Origin: an uncultured Lachnospiraceae bacterium
Lineage (GTDB): Bacteria; Bacillota; Clostridia; Lachnospirales; Lachnospiraceae
Assembly (NCBI GenBank): GCA_905234595.1
Contig: CAJOID010000005.1
Coordinates: forward strand, 4,856 to 68,855
Direction of reading: 5' to 3'
DNA length: 64,000 nucleotides
Shown piece after piece: positions 57,704-64,000 of this stretch. The number at the start of each line of letters is the position of its first letter. Positions within the stretch are counted from its first letter, which is position 1. Made by a program: the position numbers and the translations under genes. The notes under the pieces are model-generated. The model was given only the letters and a program-made list of their open reading frames with translations. It was not told the DNA's origin and did not search any database.

Positions 57704-58409
57704 CTGAATCCTTTCGGTTATATATCAATCTGCCAATTCGTTCTGCCAATATCATATAACCATATCCTACCACAATAAGGAAGACCAGTAACAGCAATAT
57801 CCACCAGGCGCATCCCATATACGGCAATTCCCTGCTGAATCCGAATGCTCCCGCAGGACTTCCCCAGTTCAAAAAGAAATACGGGTAATTGTATCCCCTT
57901 GCAAATTTCCAATCCTGTACATATCCTATTCCTGCATAAACCGCATATAAAAGCGGGGGTATTATCACATATAATACATTTTTTACCGGCAGTCTGATCC
58001 CGGACGCCACCACAAAATAGTCCGCAACAGCTGCTACGGGAACAACTGCATGAGTGAGCGTGTTCTGCAGATTCCAGGCCTCAGGACCCAGTACAGGCGC
58101 AAGCAAGACCACAAACACTACTCCGGTAAGCGTAATAGAGACGGTCCCTACCAGCTTCACCGTATACCAGTTTTCACTGATGTCCCTGCCCCGTACTATC
58201 AGATATTCTCCCCATACACATATCAATGCTATGAGTATATTGGACTGAATAGTAAAATACATCAGCACGGTTTTACCACCCATAAATGCGCTTCTACCGG
58301 CAAAGGCACTGATCATGGTACCTGTTATGGCACTTATAAACACGATCAGCTTCAATATGCAGCTTATTCGCTTTCTCGCTTGTAATATGGTTTTCATACA
58401 CTCTATCAT
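57687..58409 (-). CDS. Pr6Pr-family membrane protein
   Basis: YFTIQSN, H...P, YPYFFL. Confidence 0.75.
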   Translation of the reverse strand: MIECMKTILQARKRISCILKLIVFISAITGTMISAFAGRSAFMGGKTVLMYFTIQSNILIALICVWGEYLIVRGRDISENWYTVKLVGTVSITLTGVVFVVLLAPVLGPEAWNLQNTLTHAVVPVAAVADYFVVASGIRLPVKNVLYVIIPPLLYAVYAGIGYVQDWKFARGYNYPYFFLNWGSPAGAFGFSRELPYMGCAWWILLLLVFLIVVGYGYMILAERIGRLIYNRKDSGGEEG

Positions 58410-58425
58410 TTATTTAATTAAATAA

Positions 58426-59085
58426 TTAAATATCCTTGTCTTTTAAAACAGGCCTTGCTATATGCACATTAAAAAACTCAATGAGCGGCCCCATGAAGAA
58501 TGCTGTAATGATCGTCCCGATCCCTGCAATGGTAGGAATCTGTGAAACTTTTCCGCCGGCAATGAGAAACAGAACGCATCCCAGTATCACACATATAACA
58601 TCGGTAATGATCCTTACGTATTGGAATTTGCCCTTCTTCCAGGTATTGCATATGATCAGCGCTATAGCATCATATGTCGACACGCCCAGATCAGCAGTCA
58701 TGTAAAATGCCGAGCCGAAACAGATGATGACTACACCCACTACCAGACATATGATCCGGATCACGATAGAAGGGTTAACTATAACGGTCTGCAGAAACTC
58801 ATACGTGAACTGCGTGATATAACCCAGAAGAAACAGATTTATAAATGTCGCAATCCCGATATAATGCCTGTCAAATACAAGTGCAAACAGCAGCAATACT
58901 GCGTTTGTTATCACATACAGTGTCCCGAATTTGATCGGAACCACCGCATCAAGACCTGCCATAAAAGACTGAAACGGATCAACCCCCAATGCCGCGATCT
59001 TAAATATACCCACACTGATAGCGCATATGATCACACCAAACAGGGACATCGCTATTCGCTTGCCGATATTATCTCTTTTCATCAT
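58426..59085 (-). CDS. YczE/YyaS (YitT-related) membrane protein
   Basis: ALGVDPF, ADLG..TYD, RI..D, GIGTI..AF..GP. Confidence 0.8.
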   Translation of the reverse strand: MMKRDNIGKRIAMSLFGVIICAISVGIFKIAALGVDPFQSFMAGLDAVVPIKFGTLYVITNAVLLLFALVFDRHYIGIATFINLFLLGYITQFTYEFLQTVIVNPSIVIRIICLVVGVVIICFGSAFYMTADLGVSTYDAIALIICNTWKKGKFQYVRIITDVICVILGCVLFLIAGGKVSQIPTIAGIGTIITAFFMGPLIEFFNVHIARPVLKDKDI

Positions 59086-59121
59086 AACCTCACATACTTG
59101 GCAACCTGAAACCGAAGCGTC

Positions 59122-60225
59122 TCAGGCTCCAATACCATCCTTCATGAGCCGTTCCACAAGCTCTCTCTTCTCATACAATACACAACCGCCGTCATGGTCA
59201 TCCATCAGGATATCTCCGCTCTGAAGCGCCATAAACAGGGGTGAATGAATTGCCTCCCTGAGTGATGAATTTTTAATGTTTATATCCGAATACGGCGAGA
59301 ACGGACATGGTTCTGCTCCGCCATGTGAATTTATATGGAAAAAACCTCTGCCTGCCGCCACACATCCGCCGGAGTCCTTTTCATCTCCCGGGAACGAAAT
59401 GTATACCATATCAGGCCTTTCTTCTCTTAACCGGTCTATCTCTTTTTTCAGGTAGTCTCTTTCATCCTCACCGGGTGCCAGTTCCCTGCTGTCATCCGTA
59501 ACCGGAACAAATTCCACGAAGATCACCGCTTTGCATCCCCTGTCCGATAATTCGTTTAAAAAGCTGTCGGATGTGACCTCTCTTATATTTTCGGTAGTGA
59601 CCGTAACGGAAGCCCCAAATATCAGTCCGCGCGACTGTAATTCATCCATATTGCCGATCAGACAGTCATAAATTCCCGTACCTCTCCTGGAATCCGTGAC
59701 CTCTTTGCCGCCTTCAATACTCATGATCGGAATGAGATTACGGCTTTTATCAAACAATTCAAAGTATCTCTCGTCAATATAGGTTCCGTTCGTGAATACC
59801 GGGAACAATATGTTTTTCTTCTTACCTGCCGCTTCTATGACATCACGCCTGAGCATTGGTTCGCCTCCGGCAAGCAAAATAAAGCTGATACCCAGATCAT
59901 CTGCTTCATCAAAGATCCTGTACCAGTCCTCATCAGTAAGCTGTTTTACCGGTTCAGTATCAACTGTGGCATGATTGCATCTGGAATAGCACCCCGCACA
60001 GTGAAGATTACACTTGCTGGTTATACTTGCGATCAAAAACGGAGGAATGTGTTCTCCGTTCTTTTCCGCTTTCTGACGCTTCAATGAAGCTGCAGCACTT
60101 GCCTTGGCAAATCCCAGCATAAATGCGCTTTCTTTAGGGTTCTTAAGGGTTGCCTTCAGCGCATCTGACACTACCCTTTCAACGCCCTTTGTCATATATT
60201 CCTGTATATTAAATTCCTTCTTCAT
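59122..60225 (-). CDS. Radical SAM protein with a Twitch/SPASM domain
   Basis: CNLHCAGC, GGEP, FTNG, GC.AAGRG..HIN..G..EPCPF. Confidence 0.9.
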   Translation of the reverse strand: MKKEFNIQEYMTKGVERVVSDALKATLKNPKESAFMLGFAKASAAASLKRQKAEKNGEHIPPFLIASITSKCNLHCAGCYSRCNHATVDTEPVKQLTDEDWYRIFDEADDLGISFILLAGGEPMLRRDVIEAAGKKKNILFPVFTNGTYIDERYFELFDKSRNLIPIMSIEGGKEVTDSRRGTGIYDCLIGNMDELQSRGLIFGASVTVTTENIREVTSDSFLNELSDRGCKAVIFVEFVPVTDDSRELAPGEDERDYLKKEIDRLREERPDMVYISFPGDEKDSGGCVAAGRGFFHINSHGGAEPCPFSPYSDINIKNSSLREAIHSPLFMALQSGDILMDDHDGGCVLYEKRELVERLMKDGIGA

Positions 60226-60230
60226 ATATC

Positions 60231-60662
60231 TTATCCTTCAAGAAAAAGATACAGGAGCCGGTATAATTCCGCCGCATCCTTTTCACTGAGCGCAGATCCC
60301 GCCGAAGCCATTTTCATAGGAATGTCCTTGCATTTCTCCTTCAGTTCGTCTCCTTCGGGGGTGATGCTTATAACCGTGACCCGCTCATCATCCTTAGACC
60401 GCTCTCTGGTAACATATCCGGCCTTTTCAAGCCTCTTAAGGAGGGGGGTCAGCGTTCCTGCATCCAGATGAAGGGCTTCTCCCAACTGGCCCACGTTTAC
60501 GCTTTCCTTCTCCCACAGCACCATCAGAACGATATACTGCGTATAAGTCAGCCCCAATGGTTTCAAATACGGCGTATAATTGCCGACTATCTTTCTGCTA
60601 CAGGCATATAGAGGGAAACATAACTGATTTTTTAACATTAGCTGCTCATATTTCTGTGCCAT
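60231..60662 (-). CDS. MarR-family regulator, OhrR-like
   Basis: QLCFPLY (sensing Cys), LTYTQY.VL.VLWE, LD.GTLTPLLKRLE, DER. Confidence 0.88.
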   Translation of the reverse strand: MAQKYEQLMLKNQLCFPLYACSRKIVGNYTPYLKPLGLTYTQYIVLMVLWEKESVNVGQLGEALHLDAGTLTPLLKRLEKAGYVTRERSKDDERVTVISITPEGDELKEKCKDIPMKMASAGSALSEKDAAELYRLLYLFLEG

Positions 60663-60696
60663 ACACTTCACCTCTTTATTGTTTTACTTTCGTCAT

Positions 60697-60725
60697 ATTA
60701 TATTGCGCGCAATGTTTATTGTCAA
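60697..60725 (-). promoter_or_regulatory. Consensus sigma-A promoter with a palindromic operator in the spacer
   Basis: Minus strand TTGACA-N17-TATAAT; perfect palindrome ATTGCGCGCAAT at 60702-60713. Confidence 0.8.
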
Positions 60726-60753
60726 GAAAAAAGCGGCTCAACGATAATGGTAT

Positions 60754-61671
60754 TCAAAGCCACTTTTTCTTTTTAAAGAACAGAAGGCTGCCTAATGCGA
60801 TCAACACACATACTGCAATGACTACGGGATATCCCCATTTCCACTCCAATTCCGGCATGAACCGGAAGTTCATGCCATACCATCCTACTATCAGTGTAAG
60901 TGGCATAAAGATCGTGGTCACTACAGTAAGGACCGTCATTATCCGGTTTTGTTTAATGTCTATATGGGCCTGATACAGGTCCCGGAGCTGCACGGTATAA
61001 TCTCTCAATGAAGTGGAGTTATCGTGCAGTCTGGCCATACGGTTTAAAAACATCCTGAAATATCTGAGGTTTTCCTGCTTAAAGAAATTATTCTCATTCT
61101 CTTCCAGTTCCTGACCCAGATCCATAAGCTGTTCATAATGAATCCGTAAATCACGGATATCACTGCGGATCTCATTCAATCTTCCGGATGGGAATTTATC
61201 ATCGCCATCCATTATCTTCTTTTCTATGGCATCCAGCTCACATTCATATTTTTCCATCAGTCTCAGATCATCTATTACGATCTGATCCAGAAAATCGTAG
61301 ATAAATCTCTCCAGACTCGGAAGTTTCCACCTTTTCGTATTCTGAATGGCTTTTATTATCTCCTCAGCCTTTCCGCTGTCATCTATAAATACAATTCCTT
61401 TTTCATCCAGCGCAAATGCGAATTTGTAGTCTTCCTTGGAAAAATCCGCTCTGTTTGGAATAGAAAACGACCCGGTCAGCGAATCATAGTTGACCTCCGC
61501 TTTTGTTGTATATATCTCCGAAATGTTCTGATCCATATCAATACCCATTTCGAAGCTGTCATGGTTATTCTTCCATTCATCAAAAGATACGATCGCAACA
61601 TACTGTTTTTCAGCGCTTTGCAACTCTTCTCTTGATATTATCTGTAATGATTCACCGATTGCATAAAACAT
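60754..61671 (-). CDS. corA: CorA-family Mg2+/Co2+ transporter
   Basis: C-terminal two TM helices with YGMNF and MPEL. Confidence 0.9.
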   Translation of the reverse strand: MFYAIGESLQIISREELQSAEKQYVAIVSFDEWKNNHDSFEMGIDMDQNISEIYTTKAEVNYDSLTGSFSIPNRADFSKEDYKFAFALDEKGIVFIDDSGKAEEIIKAIQNTKRWKLPSLERFIYDFLDQIVIDDLRLMEKYECELDAIEKKIMDGDDKFPSGRLNEIRSDIRDLRIHYEQLMDLGQELEENENNFFKQENLRYFRMFLNRMARLHDNSTSLRDYTVQLRDLYQAHIDIKQNRIMTVLTVVTTIFMPLTLIVGWYGMNFRFMPELEWKWGYPVVIAVCVLIALGSLLFFKKKKWL

Positions 61672-61682
61672 TTTAACGTTAT

Positions 61683-62129
61683 TTAGGCTTCTTTGATAAC
61701 ATTCTTATAGAAATCTACGGCGTTGCTTAGATCCTTCTCGTCCGGATGGCCCTTACCGGTACCCCCGATCAGTTTAAACGGTCCGAAAGTATTATATCCA
61801 GTGCAGAAAAAGCTTCCGAGACATATTGGCGATTTACTCTCTAGAGTCTTAAGAAATCCTTTTGAAAAGTCCTTGCCCATGGCACTGGTCATGATGCAGA
61901 ATATCTTCTTATTCTGCGGAAGATTAACTGCAGCAAAATTCAATACCGACTGATGGAACTGTGCTCCGTATATTCCGGAAGCAAATCCTATGATGTCATA
62001 GCCGGTCAGATCCTTTTCCTTGATACAGACAGCATTGATTAACTCTACACCGCATTCATCCGCTATCGCCTGCACGACTTTCTCGGTGTTTCCATGATGA
62101 GTCGAGGCATATACTATACATGTTTTCAT
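61683..62129 (-). CDS. Flavodoxin-family protein
   Basis: VYASTHHGNT, GFASGIY, GHPD..DL. Confidence 0.85.
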   Translation of the reverse strand: MKTCIVYASTHHGNTEKVVQAIADECGVELINAVCIKEKDLTGYDIIGFASGIYGAQFHQSVLNFAAVNLPQNKKIFCIMTSAMGKDFSKGFLKTLESKSPICLGSFFCTGYNTFGPFKLIGGTGKGHPDEKDLSNAVDFYKNVIKEA

Positions 62130-62243
62130 AAGCTGATCATTCCCCTTTACATATTCTGTGCCCTGTATTTGTACCCGGGCTACTCTCGCTTTCTATCATA
62201 TCAGCTCAGGTTTAACATGCAACCTCTTTGAGCCCTGTCTTAT

Positions 62244-62546
62244 CTATACCTCATAATCCATACATGTTCTGGTGGCTGTATATGGGCGAACCAGGCCATT
62301 TGCCACTTCCACATGCGCAGGATGAGTTGAATAGGCCTTAAGACTGTCCTCATCTTCAAACAACGAATCAAGCATTACATCGCAGTTCGAACTGGATAAC
62401 GGATCTGTATTGACCTGTATCTCCTTCAGCCCCGGGATCTGCCCGTATAGGCCCTCTAATCCCTGCTTGATTCCCTCTTTGATCTTAGATATCTGGTCTC
62501 CTGAATACTCATCTTTTAATGTCCACAGAATTACATGTCTTACCAT
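62244..62546 (-). CDS. Dabb (stress-responsive A/B barrel) protein
   Basis: MVRHVILW, IPG, Y..HPAH, DYEV; AGGAG RBS at 62546. Confidence 0.88.
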   Translation of the reverse strand: MVRHVILWTLKDEYSGDQISKIKEGIKQGLEGLYGQIPGLKEIQVNTDPLSSSNCDVMLDSLFEDEDSLKAYSTHPAHVEVANGLVRPYTATRTCMDYEV

Positions 62547-62602
62547 CTTTATGCTCCTGACTCGCAAATGTTTTATTAATCTTCCACAGATGTGTGGTAC
62601 TT

Positions 62603-62833
62603 CTAAGATTGTAGTATAATACACTCATAAACCAGGTCATATATGGTCGGATCAACCTTCTCCGGTGTGAGCTGACCCGGATTCAGTTCCAATTGTCTGC
62701 ATTCATGTATCGTATATAACTGATATTCTCCGTCATCATCACGGATCCTTATCCGCAATGGGATCAATTCACCGTCAGCATTGTGCTGGCAGATACAATC
62801 AACAGGCATCAGCCGGCTTCCATCCGTGATCAT
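62603..62833 (-). CDS. Small hypothetical protein under a LexA box (possibly C-terminally truncated)
   Basis: GGAGG RBS; PVD.I..H..DG..IP.R.R..D.DG pattern. Confidence 0.6.
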   Translation of the reverse strand: MITDGSRLMPVDCICQHNADGELIPLRIRIRDDDGEYQLYTIHECRQLELNPGQLTPEKVDPTIYDLVYECIILQS

Positions 62834-62886
62834 AGGCCCCTCCACATCCGTTATAACCTGTAGCAATAACCTTTGGTGTGAAAACG

Positions 62887-62915
62887 ATTATAGAACATAT
62901 GTTCGTTTTTGTAAA
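62887..62915 (-). promoter_or_regulatory. Sigma-A promoter with a LexA box in the spacer
   Basis: Minus strand TTTACA-N17-TATAAT; spacer contains CGAACATATGTTC. Confidence 0.8.
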
Positions 62916-62936
62916 GGGGGTACGGGATCAAACGTA

Positions 62937-63935
62937 TTACCAGCTTTTATCCGCAAGCACCTTGTCTATCGCATCAAGCTCATCCTCCGTAAATCCGGCA
63001 TGGTCCAACGCCCGTACATTTTCGATGACCTGTTCAGGACGGCTCGCACCTATCAGTGCTGAAGTCACTACCGGATCCCTGAGTGTCCATGCCACTGCCA
63101 TCTGGGCTAATGACTGCCCGCGTTCATGAGCTATATCCGATAGCCTTTTTATGATTGCTATCTTGTCTTCAGTGATGTCCTTTGCCTTTAAGAACCGTGG
63201 ATCATGCGCTGCTCTTGAATCTGCCGGGATCCCATTCAGATATTTGTCAGTCAGCAGCCCTCCGCACAACGGTCCGAAAGCGATCAGACCTACGCCCTTT
63301 TTCTTGACCACATCAGTCAGGTCATCTTCTATGGTTCTGTTGAACATGGAATAATTGGGCTGATGTATCAGCAGATGCATGCCCATCTTCTCCATGACCT
63401 CCGCCGCCTTCTCCGTCTGTGATGCATCGTAGTTGGATATACCGGCATACAGTGCCTTCCCACTCTTCACAATGTCATATAAAGCTCCCATGGTCTCCTC
63501 TATCGGTGTGTCGGGATCAGGGCGATGATGATAAAAAATATCCACGTAATCCAAATGCATACGCTTCAGACTCTGATCAATACTTGCCATCAGATATTTT
63601 CGACTGCCATGATCACCGTAAGGCCCCGGCCACATATCATATCCGGCCTTGGTTGAAATGATCAGTTCATCCCTGTACGGCTTCCAGTCACAGTCCATAT
63701 GCCTGCCAAAATTGCGTTCCGCCTCTCCGTACGGCGGTCCGTAATTATTTGCCAGATCAAAGTGCGTGATCCCGCTGTCAAATGCCGCCCGAAGTATCTC
63801 CTGCTGTACACCGAAGGGTGTGATATCGCCGAAATTGTGCCACAGGCCTAAAGACAACGGAGGAAGCAACAGGCCGCTCCTGCCGCATCTTCGGTACGAG
63901 ATCTTCTCATAACGATCTTCTGCCGCTATATACAT
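62937..63935 (-). CDS. Aldo/keto reductase, L-glyceraldehyde-3-phosphate reductase (YghZ/Gpr/MgrA type)
   Basis: SLGLWHNFG, HFDLANNYGPP.G.AE, STKAGY.MWPGPYG..GSRKY. Confidence 0.92.
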   Translation of the reverse strand: MYIAAEDRYEKISYRRCGRSGLLLPPLSLGLWHNFGDITPFGVQQEILRAAFDSGITHFDLANNYGPPYGEAERNFGRHMDCDWKPYRDELIISTKAGYDMWPGPYGDHGSRKYLMASIDQSLKRMHLDYVDIFYHHRPDPDTPIEETMGALYDIVKSGKALYAGISNYDASQTEKAAEVMEKMGMHLLIHQPNYSMFNRTIEDDLTDVVKKKGVGLIAFGPLCGGLLTDKYLNGIPADSRAAHDPRFLKAKDITEDKIAIIKRLSDIAHERGQSLAQMAVAWTLRDPVVTSALIGASRPEQVIENVRALDHAGFTEDELDAIDKVLADKSW

Positions 63936-64000
63936 GCTTTCTCTCCTTTCTGTCGATCGATCATATTTCCTTACCTTTCTTACTATTTGATATACTGCGG

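Noticed and set aside
1-64000. CRISPR arrays, tRNA/rRNA genes, IS elements
   Set aside because: No regularly spaced repeats, structural RNA signatures or transposase ORFs seen; intergenic gaps are all under ~320 bp

Overview
Chromosomal window from an anaerobic Firmicute. Gene content (GH2, GH36, GH67, GH88/105, Est1E/CinI-type feruloyl esterase, hybrid kinases) suggests a rumen or gut Lachnospiraceae (Butyrivibrio-like). About 71 CDS are present; I found no rRNA, tRNA, CRISPR array, transposase or prophage. Genes are mostly on + up to ~39.3 kb and all 30 genes after that are on -, so the window very likely spans the replication terminus. At the convergence point sits a single XerS-like tyrosine recombinase with a difSL-like 31-bp site overlapping its predicted promoter. 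Other highlights: a ZorA/ZorB-like MotA/MotB pair with no Zorya effector genes; a stand-alone 73-aa protein carrying the FliM-type CheY-binding peptide LSQAEIDAL; an Lsa-family ABC-F gene behind a uORF/terminator attenuator; two small genes with LexA boxes inside their promoters; a Cache-kinase/Hpt/HD-GYP phosphorelay cluster coupled to a rhodanese-TtcA fusion; and a frameshifted XRE-AbrB regulator. All family calls come from motif recognition by eye, not database searches.
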